64,000 bases of DNA from Octopus sinensis (taxonomy: Eukaryota), in the NCBI RefSeq assembly GCF_006345805.1, contig NC_043002.1, positions 36,518,001 to 36,582,000 of the forward strand, written 5' to 3'. This document shows, piece by piece, positions 41,930 through 53,386 of this stretch (positions within the stretch are counted from its first letter, which is position 1; each line of letters begins with the position of its first letter). The notes below the pieces were generated by a model. The model had not been told where the DNA came from. It saw nothing but the letters and a program-made list of their open reading frames with translations, and ran no database searches. The position numbers and the translations under genes are program-made.

Positions 41930-42390
41930 AAAACTTAGTTAAAATGCTCAGTCGATGGAAGAAAGGTACACTGTGAAGGCATTACAGATGCACAGATTGT
42001 GGTACAGGGAACAAAGCTGACGCTGCGAGCAATTGTAGTTGGCCGCTTGGTGGACGAGATGGACGTGGTGAGGGGGATGGATGCAATCATCTGTTTAGGA
42101 GGTGTTACTGTCAACGTGGCCGGTGTAACATTCGGTTTTGCGGGGAGACCGTGTATGGCGAGACCATGCATTGGTGAGAACCACAAAGAAAAGTATGCTG
42201 CACACACCATTGAAAACCAGGACTTTCGTGCTGTCTTCAATGGCCAGAGGTGGACAGTGGAGTGGCACTGGAAGGGAGAGCCTCCGACATTAAAAAATAA
42301 AGTGGGCTGCTATCAGCATACTCTGAAAGGAGATGCCAGAAGTGAGTTCGAGGAGGAGGTGGAGCGGTGGATTAAGGAGGGCATATTGAC
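41930..42390 (+). mobile_element. LTR retrotransposon pol fragment (end of aspartic protease plus start of RT), Gypsy-like
   Basis: MDVV.GMDAI protease C-terminal motif followed by WTVEWHW...PPTLKN...EFEEEVERWIKEGIL; GC-richer than the flanks. Confidence 0.65.
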
Positions 42391-42700
42391 TTGTCTCTTG
42401 ATGGATTGCTGTATTTATAATGGTCATGAAAGCTAGAAGGACAGACATACCACAGGAGAAATTCTTACCTATGTAGGTCACCTCCTGTCCACCTGAACCT
42501 TAAATTACATGGCTGAGGTCGAAGGTTGAAGGGAAACAATCCATCATTTTTTGACAGAGAAATTGCTTTCATGTCTGTTTGGTCAGTAGTGGATCAGATG
42601 AGCAAGAATCCTTAGATAAGGTTTTGAATCTCAGCTCAGAAAAAGGAAGTGTTAATTCTTACATATACAAAAACAGCCATACCAACATATATATATATAT

Positions 42701-43570
42701 CATCATCATCGTTTAACGTCCGTTCTCCATGCTAGCATGGGTTGGACGGTTTGACCAGGGATCTGGGAAGCCAGAAGGCTGCACCAGGCTCCGGTCTTAT
42801 CTGGCAATGTTTCTACAGCTGGATGCCCTTCCTAACGCCAACCACTCCGTGAGTGTAGTGGGTGCTTTTTATGTGCCACCTGCACTGGTGCCAGGCGAGG
42901 CTGGCATCGGCCACGGTCGGATTGGTGCATTTTACGTGCCACCGGCACGAAAGCCAGTCGAGGCGGCACTGGCTTCGGCCACGATTCGGATGGTGCTTTT
43001 TACGTGCCACCGACACAGAAGCCAGTCGAGGCAGCGCTGGCATCGGCCACGATTCGGATAGTGCTTTTTACATATCTCCAGTCCAGGGGTCCTGGCATCT
43101 GCCGGGTGCCAGTCATAGGATTGGTTCAATTTCGATTCCGATTTCACTTGCCCCAACAGGTCTTCGCAAGCAAAGTGGGGTTGGCATAGGTGCCTGTCGT
43201 CGGATGAGGTTCGATATCGACTTCGCTTGCCTCAACAGGTCTTTGTGTGTCCAAAGGAGGAAAGGCATGCATAAGTGGGCTGGACTCACTTGTCCTGCCT
43301 GGTCTTTTCACGCACAGCAAATTTCCAAAGGTCTCGGTCGCTGGTCATTTCCTCAGTGAGACCTAAAGTTCGAAGGTCGTGCTTCACCACCTTGTCCCAA
43401 GTTTTCCTGGGTCTACCTCTTCCACGGGTTCCCTCCACTGCTAGGGATTGGCACTTTTTCACACACCTATCTTCATCCATTCTCGCCACATGACCATACC
43501 AGCGCAATCGTCTCTCTTGCACACCACAACTGATGCTCCTTAGGTCCAACATTTCTCTCAGGGTACTAAC
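42701..43570 (-). mobile_element. RTE LINE 3' end (ORF2 C-terminus plus 3' UTR with hairpin modules)
   Basis: RLRWYGHVARMDEDRCVKKC...RGRGRPRKTWDKVV motif; (GAT)n tail; (TA)n on both flanks. Confidence 0.9.
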
Positions 43571-43583
43571 GTTCTGTAGAGCA

Positions 43584-43651
<68 letters not shown>

Positions 43652-44205
43652 GAGAGTTTTTTAAGTGATGTACAAATGTTGTATATTTAGAATAATAAAG
43701 GTAGTCAGAATGTGAGATGATTATATATATATATATTTTGTTTTATTTACATCTTATTTACATTTTAAACGCTTTCTTCCATTATCGGATTTATCAAAAA
43801 ATGGTTTAAATTTGAATTTCTTGGCCTTTTTATATATATAAAGAATTTTCTGGGGTTTGCTGAACAAAGGAGAAGAAAGAAGAAAAAATATTTTGATAAA
43901 GAGGGTGTGGTAAAGAGGTGGGGCTTTTGTATAGTCAGACTTGTTTGTTTAGTACTTAGTGGCCTTTTAAGGTGGGGAAGGAAAAAGAAGAGAAAGGAAA
44001 AAGAATTTTAGTATTTTAAATGGTTAAGATTTTACTTGAAAAACCAGATGTTGTTTCTGACTTTCTTCAATGAAAATTATAATTGCATTTTCAGGTTTTT
44101 TTCTTTTATGTTCATTAAAGAATGGATGTGATCAACATTTTTGAATGAAATTTAGATGTTTTCGAAATAATTAATTTTTTAGTTCACTATACACCCACAC
44201 AGCAA

Positions 44206-44520
44206 TTATATCATCATCATCATCATCATTATCGTTTAACATCTGTTTTCCATGCAAGCATGGGTTGGATGGTTCGACTGGGGTCTGGAAGCTACGAGGC
44301 TGCACCAGGCTACAGTCTGATCTGGCAGCATTTCTACAGCTGGATGCCCTTCCCAACGCCAACCACTCCATGAGTGTAGTGGGTGCTTTTTACGTGCCAC
44401 CGGCATGGGTATCACATCTACAATTTCCATTTGATTTTTACTTTGATGTTGATGTACTTGACTCAATAGGTCTCCTCAAACACAGCAGATTGCCTTACGA
44501 TCTGCTGTATTTGTGGAGAC
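44206..44520 (-). mobile_element. RTE 3' UTR fragment with a single core module
   Basis: Same terminal 170 nt and (GAT)n tail as the other RTE copies. Confidence 0.8.
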
Positions 44521-45349
44521 TTATTGAGTTTGTTTTACCCGGTCTATTTGGATGATGTGGCTGTGATCGTTTTCGGTTAGGCATAATCTATAACAGTGTT
44601 TCTCAACCTTATCATTTTGGGCCCTCTGTTTCGATTGAAGCCTCCAACTGTATGAAAATTTCTTGACTGCCTCCCTTCTTTGTCAGAAAACAGCTTCAGG
44701 AGTTGTGAAGAACGAATTTGTATGTAGTCTGTTTCTGGACTTCTGTCTAATCATTAAAACATTGATTTAATTATGAACATAGAAAAAAATTATACATTAA
44801 TCCCTATTTTTGTAAGCAGTTGTATCTGTAAAAATTTTATTTGCAGAGAGCAGAAATTGAAAGAAGATATATGAAACGGATGTGTGTATGTGTGTGCATG
44901 TTTGTGTGAGTGTGCTTGCATGTGTGTATGTGAGAGAAAGAGGGTGAGAAAGAGAGATAGAGTGTGTGAAGGTCTGTGCCATGATGATTGACATCTTTTA
45001 AGGTACATACACATACGTTGAAAATGTGAGGTCATCGTATAAAATTTATACAATAGTTGATTTATGGAAAAGATTATGTTAAATTTTTGAAATGAAAATA
45101 TGTGAATGAAAATTAAGTTCAGACCTCTACAGGGTAGAAATAGCAGTCAAATCTCCCTCAAAACACCCTACTGTCTTAATCTGACAATTCTAACTATTAT
45201 GTAGTTTGAATGAGAAACTGTAATTAAAGATTAAGATTATTAACCCTATAAAGGGGCGAAAAAGAGAGACAGCATAGTGAAAGTTTTGGCTGACTGTCAT
45301 TCTGTACTCCCCTTGTTGCTAGCAAAATGGTATATGCCGGCTGTGTGAG

Positions 45350-45772
45350 CAACTGGTTGTTTATGAAGAAAGGCTGAAGATGCTCGACCTTTATTCTCTA
45401 GAAAAACGCTGCCGCCGTGGTGATATCATTCTTGCTCACAACATCATAAGCGGAAAGTGTAACCTTTCGAAAGAGCTGTTCTTCACTCCTGCTCCAGAGC
45501 GTTGGCTGCGGGGTCACTCCGAAAAGCTCTATCTGCGACGTTTTCATCTCAATCGAAGGAGAGGGACTTTCTCCGTCCGGGTTGCAGATCCATGGAATAA
45601 GCTGCCAGACGAGATAGTGAAGATGCTGACGACCGCTCGGTTCAAAGTCTCCCTTGACCACAAATGGCCTGAACTCTTTACATGAACACCACCCTGTACA
45701 TAACTCCACGTCCCCCTAAATGGCCTTGCTTTTTGCTTTTTGAGCCAAAAAATTAACTAACTAACTAACTAA
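45350..45772 (+). mobile_element. CR1 LINE 3' end
   Basis: YEERLKMLDLYSLEKR.RRGD...RGHSEKL...FSVRV..PWNKLP is the CR1 ORF2 C-terminal pattern; (AACT)n tail. Confidence 0.88.
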
Positions 45773-45951
45773 TGGCAGAACAAACAGGGGAATTCCATTA
45801 GAAAAAGTTTTAATTGATTTTCTTGGTAACTATGGGGGCTAAGAAAAAAATGCAAACTGCAAAAATGCAATCCATTGCAAAAGTCTTTTTACCACATTGT
45901 TGTTGGACCTTGCAAAAACACTCTAGATTCTGAAATTCTATAAGAACAGCT

Positions 45952-46260
45952 TATGGAGGCACAATGGCCCTGTGGTTAGGGCAGCGAACTCGAGGTCGGA
46001 GGATTGCGGTTTCGATTCCCAGACCGGGCATTATGTGTGTTTATTGAGTGAAAACACCTAAAGCACCACGAGGCTCTGGCAGTGGGTGGTGGTGACCCCT
46101 GTTGTACTCTTTTGCCCCAACTTTCTCTCACTCTTTCTTCCTGTTTCTTGAGTAACACTGCAATGGACTGGCATCCTGTCCAGCTGGGGGGAACACATAT
46201 GTCATAGAAACCGGGCCCATGAGTCTGGCTAGGCTTGAAAAGGGCGCATAAATAAATAAA
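45952..46260 (+). mobile_element. tRNA-derived SINE, tail type 1
   Basis: A/B-box-like head; (AAAT)n tail; 12-bp TSD ATAAGAACAGCT at 45940-45951 and 46261-46272. Confidence 0.85.
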
Positions 46261-46629
46261 ATAAGAACAGCTGCTTTCCCTCTTGTGTACTTGGCTCTCT
46301 TTTTCTATAATTGTGACAGCATTGTGTATTGCTTTTTTTTAAAAAATTCCTTTTTGCAAACTGAAGGACAAATACTTGGACAAAAGAGTAGTGCCTCAAA
46401 TGACCGAAACTTTCCAAATTTATTTAACCACAGAGATGTATCTTTAATTATATTAATTAATTATTTAAAAAATAAAATCATAATGTGTACTTATGTATGT
46501 GTGGTACACAAATATGAACATGTACATATATAGATGTCTTTGAGTGTGTGTGTGTGTCCATGGTAACTGCAGTGTATTTGCCTTTAGCAGTTGAAATATA
46601 TGACAAACACATTTCAGCTAACCTAAATT

Positions 46630-46701
<72 letters not shown>

Positions 46702-47159
46702 GTGTGTATGTATATGTATGTGCGTGTGTATATATGTATATATATGTGTGTGTGTATATATATATATATATGTATGTATATATAATGTATAAATTGTACA
46801 AAATGTATAAATGGATGATGAGTAAAGCACTGGCACAGTTTTAATTACCTGTTGTTATCTGTAGATTTACTACAGGGACTTCATAGTGGTGGTTGGGGCA
46901 ACAGTCTTAATAAAATAGGAGATGGAATGTGTAATAGACTTTATTGGGTACAACACATGTTTCAACCCATTCTGGGTCTCTTCAGGTACATCAATAAAAA
47001 GTCTCACTTGAGATTTCTTGAGTCAGCTTACATACCACTATATATGTGTCAAATTCGAGAATGAATAAAATTAGAGAAAAATTATTGAAACACAAAAAAT
47101 TCAAATATGAATGTGGAAAGTATACATTGTGTTACATATTCCATCTCCTATTTTATTAA

Positions 47160-47201
<42 letters not shown>

Positions 47202-47226
47202 CTCTGTGTGTGTGTGTGTGTATATA

Positions 47227-49079
47227 TCATCATCGTTTAACGTCCACTTTCCATGGTAGCATGGGTTGGACGATTTTGACTGAGGGCTGGCAAACCAGAC
47301 GGTCGCACCAGGCTCCAATCTTGATCTGGCAGAATTTGTACAGCTGAATGCCCTTCCTAATTCCAATCACTCTGAGAGTGTAGTGGGTACTTTTTACATG
47401 CCACCGGCACGGGGCCAGTCAAGCGGTACTGGCAACAACCTCGCTCGAATCTTTTTACACATGCCACCGGCACAGGTGCCAGTAAGGCGGTGCTGGTAAC
47501 GATCACGCTTGATTGGTGTCTTTTACATGCCACCGGCACAGGGCCAGTCAGGCAGTACTGGCAATGACCTAGCTTGAATCTTTTTACACATGCCACCGGC
47601 ACAGGTGCCTGTAAGGCGGTGCTGGTAACGATCACGCTTGATTGGTGTCTTTTACATGCCACCGGCACGGGGCCAGTCAGGCGGTACTGGCAATGACCTA
47701 GCTGGAATCTTTTTACACATGCCACCGGCACAGGTGCCAGTAAGGCGGTGCTGGTAACGATCACGCTTGATTGGTGTCTTTTACATGCCACCGGCACGGG
47801 GCCAGTCAGGCGGTACTGGCAATGACCTAGCTGGAATCTTTTTACACATGCCACCGGCACAGGTGCAGTAGTAAGGCGGTGCTGGTAACGATCACGCTTG
47901 ATTGGTGTCTTTTACATACCAGCACGGGGCCAGTCAGGCAGTACTGGCAATGACCTAGCTGGAATCTTTTTACACATGCCACCGGCACAGGTGCCAGTAA
48001 GGTGGTGCTGGTAACGATCACGCTTGATTGGTGTCTTTTACATGCCACACGGCACGGGCCAGCAGCGGTCTGCGTACTGGAATGACCTAGCTGGAATCTT
48101 TTTACACATGCCACCGGCACAGGTGCCAGTAAGGCGGTGCTGGTAACGATCACGCTTGATTGGTGTCTTTTACATGCCACCGGCACAGGGCCAGTCAGGC
48201 AGTACTGCAATGACCTAGCTGGAATCTTTTTACACATGCCACCGGCACAGGTGCCAGTAAGGCGATGCTGGTAACGATCACGCTTGATTGGTGTCTTTTA
48301 CATGCCACCGGCACGGGGCCAGTCAGGCGGTACTGGCAATGACCTAGCTGGAATCTTTTTACACATGCCACCGGCACAGGTGCCAGTAAGGCGGTGCTGG
48401 TAACGATCACGCTTGATTGGTGTCTTTTACATGCCACCGGCACGGGGCCAGTCAGGCGGTACTGGCAATGACCTAGCTGGAATCTTTTTACACATGCCAC
48501 CGGCACAGGTGCCAGTAAGGCGGTGCTGGTAACGATCACGCTTGATTGGTGTCTTTTACATGCCACCGGCACGGGGCCAGTCAGGCGGTACTGGCAATGA
48601 CCTAGCTGGAATCTTTTTACACATGCCACCGGCACAGGTGCCAGTAAGGCGGTGCTGGTAACGATCACGCTTGATTGGTGTCTTTTACATGCCACCGGCA
48701 CGGGGCCAGTCAGGCGGTACTGGCAATGACCTAGCTGGAATCTTTTTACACATGCCACCGGCACAGGTGCCAGTAAGGCGGTGCTGGTAACGATCACGCT
48801 TGATTGGTGTCTTTTACATGCCACCGGCACAGGGCCAGTCAGGCAGTACTGGCAATGACCTAGCTTGAATCTTTTTACACATGCCACCGGCACAGGTGCC
48901 AGTAAGGCGGTGCTGGTAACGATCACGCTTGATTGGTGTCTTTTACATGCCACCGGCACGGGGCCAGTCAGGCGGTACTGGCAATGACCTAGCTGGAATC
49001 TTTTTACACATGCCACCGGCACAGGTGCCAGTAAGGCAACTTTGATAACGATCACGCTTGAATGGTGCCCTTTTACATG
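47227..49079 (-). mobile_element. RTE 3' UTR carrying an expanded tandem array
   Basis: Standard RTE terminus at 47227-47391 with (GAT)n tail, continuous with the array. Confidence 0.85.
47392..49079. repeat. 13 x 129-bp tandem array, each unit a 60-bp plus 69-bp dimer of related monomers
   Basis: Unit starts at 47392, 47521, 47650, 47779, 47910, 48036, 48168, 48296, 48425, 48554, 48683, 48812 and 48941, with a partial unit at 49071. Confidence 0.95.
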
Positions 49080-49376
49080 ACACAAGTGTTTTTAATTGCA
49101 ATGCAATAAACTTACTTATTGTATTAAATGGGTGAAGGTAAAAAAATATTTTACCATTAATTTATATTACAAATAAGAAAATGGAGAAGCACATTAGTTG
49201 GTTCATCAGCTTTAGGATATTAAAATGTTAACTTATTTATTTATCAAAACGACAACCATAATAACATACATACATATAGTATATTATTCAATGCATATAA
49301 GATAATAATGCAAGTAGTTATTAAAAAACATGAATATAAATTATTAAAATCCCATATATATATATATATATATATA

Positions 49377-49674
49377 GTGGAGGCGCAATGGCTCAGTGGT
49401 TAGGGTAGCGGACTCGCGGTCGTAGGATCGCGGTTTTGATTCCCAGACCGGGCGTTGTGAGTGTTTATTGAGCGAAAACACCTAAAGTTCCATGAGGCTC
49501 CGGCAGGGGGTGGCGATCCCTGCTGTACTCTTTCGCCACAACTTTCTCTCACTCTTTCTTCTGTTGGCCTGCTCGCTTAGCCAGCGGGGTGGCGTCATTT
49601 GAAGGCTAAAAAACAATGCGAAGCGCATTGTGACCAGCGATGTGTAGCAACATCTGATAGCCTGGTCGGTCACG

Positions 49675-49678
<4 letters not shown>
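49377..49678 (+). mobile_element. tRNA-derived SINE, tail type 2
   Basis: TGGCTCAGTGG A-box and B-box-like GGTTTTGATTCC; shares about 190 nt with 45952-46145; embedded in (TA)n. Confidence 0.85.
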
Positions 49679-49716
<38 letters not shown>

Positions 49717-50409
49717 ATGTGTGTATGTATGTGAGTATGTGTATATGTGTATGTATGCATATATATAATTGGTGTGTGGGTGTATAGTGAACTAAAAAAA
49801 ATCACATCTAAAATTTCATTCAAAAAAAGTTGACTAAGTCCATACTTTAATGAACACAAAAGAGCAATACCTGAAAATGCAATTATAATTTTTTCTGAAG
49901 AAAGTCAAAAACATCTGGGTTTTTCAATTAAAGCCTTGACCAATTCAAATACAAAAAATTCTTTTTCCTTCCCCACCTTAAAAGGCCACTAAGTACTAAA
50001 CAAACAAGTCTGACTATACAAAAGCCTCACCTCTTTACCACCCCCTCTTTATCAAAATATTTTTTTTTCTTTCTTCTCCTTTGTTCAGCAAACCCCAGAA
50101 AATTCTTTATATATATAAAAAGGCCAAGAAATCTAAATTTAAACCATTTTTTGATAAATCTGATAATGGAAAAAAGTGCTAAAATAAGATGTCAATTCTT
50201 TTTTCTTTTTTTCTTTTATATTTGTTTGACTGAGGCCATGCTGGAACACCACCTTTTAGTTGAGCAAATCGACCCCAGGACTTATTCTTTGTAAGCCTAG
50301 TACTTATTCTATCAGTCTCTCTTGCCAAACCGCTAAGTGACAGGGATGTAAACACACCAGCATCAGTTGTCAAGCGATGTTGGGGGGACAAACACAGACA
50401 CACAATCAT

Positions 50410-50456
<47 letters not shown>

Positions 50457-50481
50457 CACATATATATATATATATATGTGT

Positions 50482-50730
50482 AGAGCACTCCGTTGGTTAC
50501 GTCGATGAGGGTCCCAGCTGATACGATCAACGGAACAGCCTGCTCGTGAAATTAACGTGCAAATGATTGAGCAATCCACAGACACGCGTACCCCTAACGT
50601 AGTTCTCAGGGAGATTCAGCATGACACAAATTGTGACAAGGCTGGCCCTTTGAAATACAGGTACAACTCATTTTTGCCAGCTGAGTGAACTGGAGCAATG
50701 TGAAATAAAGTATCTTGCTCAAGGACACAA
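50482..50730 (-). mobile_element. CORE-like SINE, 3' portion
   Basis: The minus strand reads GTGTCCTTGAGCAAGATACTTTATTTCAC, a CORE-like motif, followed by CCAGTTCACTCAGCTG. Confidence 0.55.
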
Positions 50731-50879
50731 TGCAAAGGCTGTTGCAGTATCTGGTTCTTTATCTTGATCACAATGTCGGGTCTTTTGTAGTCAGCAGTTT
50801 ATGTAACCGACAATCCCAAAGTTTGGCACAAGGTTTTCTAGGATTTTCCACATGTATATTACTGCATCTCTTTCCCGCC

Positions 50880-51645
50880 TTTGCTCCAGAGAGTAGAGGC
50901 TTAACTCTTTCTGTCTCTCCCAGTAGCTGATATATCGCATTGTGTAGCTTTGCTGGATTGCCTAAAGTTCTGTCATTGATTTAACACTGTTTGGTGACCA
51001 CATCTAGGGAGAATAATCCAGACAGCCGAGGCTGAAAACCCCCCAGAGGACCATCATGATTTCCTTTCTCAGATTCATCTAGCCAAGCATCTGCATTTTA
51101 TTGCCAACCTGGCAATAAATGGCATTTTGCCATTTATTGTCAAATATGCACCTGGAAAGATGCATCATTATCCATTTTGAGGCCCAGGTCACGCACTGAT
51201 TTTAATTCAAGGATATAGTCCCTCCCAGGACAGTGTATCCTATCTGCTTTTCATTGAGTTTCATGTGTTGGTAGCAAAGGGCTTGGAATTTTCCAACATT
51301 AAACTGCATATTATTTTCCTCAGCCCACCTGTATATTGCATCCAACTCATGTTGTGGATGACAACAACTGCAAGGTTCCGTATTCTGAGAAACTCTTGTA
51401 TTGTCTGCATAGCTTGCAAGGGTGGCTACCTGAGGAGCTGAGAGCACATCAGAAAGGGTCACTATGAATAGCAGTGGCCCCAGGACTGTGCCCTGTGGAA
51501 CACCACTCATTATTTCTGTTTCTTTAGAGGTATCCTCATTGTCCACCACTACTTGACTTCTATCTTTTAGAAAGTCATGCAACCATTCTCCAAGTTTTCT
51601 GACTATTCCAAGATTACGCAGCTTGTGACAAATCATACCACATTT
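50880..51645 (-). mobile_element. CR1/L2-type reverse transcriptase fragment
   Basis: SGVPQGTVLGPLLF, YADN (YADD variant) and W...NNMQFNVGK motifs in ORF 51202-51636; decayed continuation to about 50880. Confidence 0.88.
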
Positions 51646-51661
51646 GAGTTGTGGACATGAT

Positions 51662-51805
51662 ATATCATCATCATCATCGTTTAGCGTCCGCTTTCCATGC
51701 TAGCATGGGTTGGACGGTTCAACTGGGGTCTGGGAAGCCAGAAGGTTGCACCAGGCCCAGTCTGATTTGGCAATGTTTCTACGGCTGGATGCCCTTCCTA
51801 ACACC
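51662..51805 (-). mobile_element. RTE terminal 145 nt with (GAT)n tail
   Basis: Matches the other RTE termini; lies 10 nt from the tRNA-Glu fragment in the same orientation. Confidence 0.85.
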
Positions 51806-51815
51806 AAACATTGTG

Positions 51816-51870
51816 TTCCCATGCCGAGAATCGAACCTGGGCCGCCTGGGTGAAAGCCAGGAATCCTGGC
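51816..51870 (-). pseudogene. 5'-truncated tRNA-Glu(TTC) pseudogene
   Basis: GCCAGGATTCCTGGCT-TTC-ACCCAGGCGGCCCAGGTTCGATTCTCGGCATGGGAA: anticodon stem CCTGG/CCAGG, T-loop GGTTCGATTC and 3' acceptor strand are present; the 5' acceptor strand and most of the D-arm are missing. Confidence 0.85.
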
Positions 51871-52241
51871 TATAAATGTATAAGAAAATATAAATTGTTC
51901 TGATATTAAGATATTTTCCTATTTTTCTCAACATGAAACCAATAGTAGCCTTTAATTCACAAACAAAGAAATTCTATCCAACAATGCTGTGTTGGGCACT
52001 CATAGTTTAACATTTACGTATCTATATTATACGGTTTTCCTGCCATTTGATTAAGATGATAAATATTACAAATAAAATAGTCATTTCTCCCTTTAAGAAA
52101 AAAGAAATCAAAGAATTGCTGCAGTTACCACCGTCAATCCTTTTACCTTACTATCTTTTTTCTTGTTCTATATTTAAGAGATGAGGAATTATGTACATTA
52201 TTTACATTCAACGGATATTTGCCCTCATCTTGTTTGTTGTT

Positions 52242-52288
52242 AACATAACGTTTCAGCTGATATACCCTCCAAGCCTTCTTCAGATGTC
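52242..52288 (-). ncRNA. Minimal type I hammerhead ribozyme motif
   Basis: GACAU-CUGAAGA-A-GGCU-(13 nt)-AGCU-GAAA-CG-UU-AUGUU: 5-bp stem I, 4-bp stem II, palindromic AACGUU stem III. Confidence 0.65.
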
Positions 52289-52354
52289 TTGGAGAAATTT
52301 CGAACCTGGGTTCTCATTCCTAAGGTATTTTTTGATGTTATTGTTGTTGTCACC

Positions 52355-52640
52355 ACATTTCCTGGTCCCTTGTCATTTCCTCAGTGAGGCTCAGTGTCTG
52401 AAGATCCTTTCTCACCACTTTGTCCCACATCTTCCTGGGTCTACCTCTTCCATGGGTACCCACCAAAATTAGAGCTCGGCACTTCCTTATGCAGCTATCC
52501 TCATCCACATGACCAAACCAGTGCAGTCTTATCTCTTGCACACAACATCTGTTGCCTTTTATACACAGTTCTCCTCATAAATCATTTACACCACTCTGTT
52601 GTGCATGCACACTGACATTACCCATCCAGCAGAGCATGCT
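52355..52640 (-). mobile_element. RTE ORF2 C-terminal fragment
   Basis: RLHWFGHV...GRGRPRK.WDKVVRKDL motif. Confidence 0.8.
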
Positions 52641-52730
52641 AGCTTCACTTCTATAGTGAGAGAAAGAGAGAGCAAGAGAGAGAGGGCAAGAGAAAGAGGG
52701 CGAGAGAGAGAGAGATAAACTCATATATAC

Positions 52731-52781
<51 letters not shown>

Positions 52782-53325
52782 CATAACCTTTATCAAATTT
52801 CTTGTTGCTTATGTGCAATGACAAAATGGATACTAGTAATCAAAAATAGTATTTGTTACTTTAAAATAAAATAAAAATAAAAAAATATTCAAAAAGTAAA
52901 AAGACATAAAAAAATTGCTCCATGTTGATTTTATATTATGGAAATTTGCACACACCATCTCTCTCACACATATTTAATATCTATCCGCCTTTCTGTCCGT
53001 CCATGTATATTTAGACATATATATACGTGTATCCTTTATCATGTGTGTTTACTTCCTAAAGAACACCGTGTTAAATGAATAACTCAGTGATAAGTGAACA
53101 CTAGAACATATAGGAAAGATAGGTTTTGTTCTGAGACTACCAAGTTGTCCTGAGCGTTGGGGGTGGTTGCTGAGGCACGCCTTTGCTGTACAAAGCAGAA
53201 TGTTTGATTTATCACCAACCCGTCTTATTATAGATCAACTTGTGATAAGTGTAGTACAGTTCACAACCAGCATACCATATTATCCCTGATCAATTATAAA
53301 TGAATCAGTGGTGAGCGAGAATAAA

Positions 53326-53386
<61 letters not shown>

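Noticed and set aside
47392-47520. HDV-like ribozyme in the module (CCAG-loop-CUGGC...GCCGGU-GG resembles HDV P3/P1)
   Set aside because: No upstream P1 5' strand or P2 partner could be placed on the same strand, so the nested double pseudoknot cannot be built by eye.
47392-49079. CRISPR-like repeat-spacer appearance of the array and of the RTE modules
   Set aside because: The linkers repeat rather than being unique, the array is part of a LINE 3' UTR in eukaryotic DNA, and no cas-like ORF is present.
47357-49085. 43-aa Cys-containing repeat ORFs as a real protein gene
   Set aside because: Openness follows from a 129-bp period without stops. The frames are broken by indels, and there is no splice or start context.
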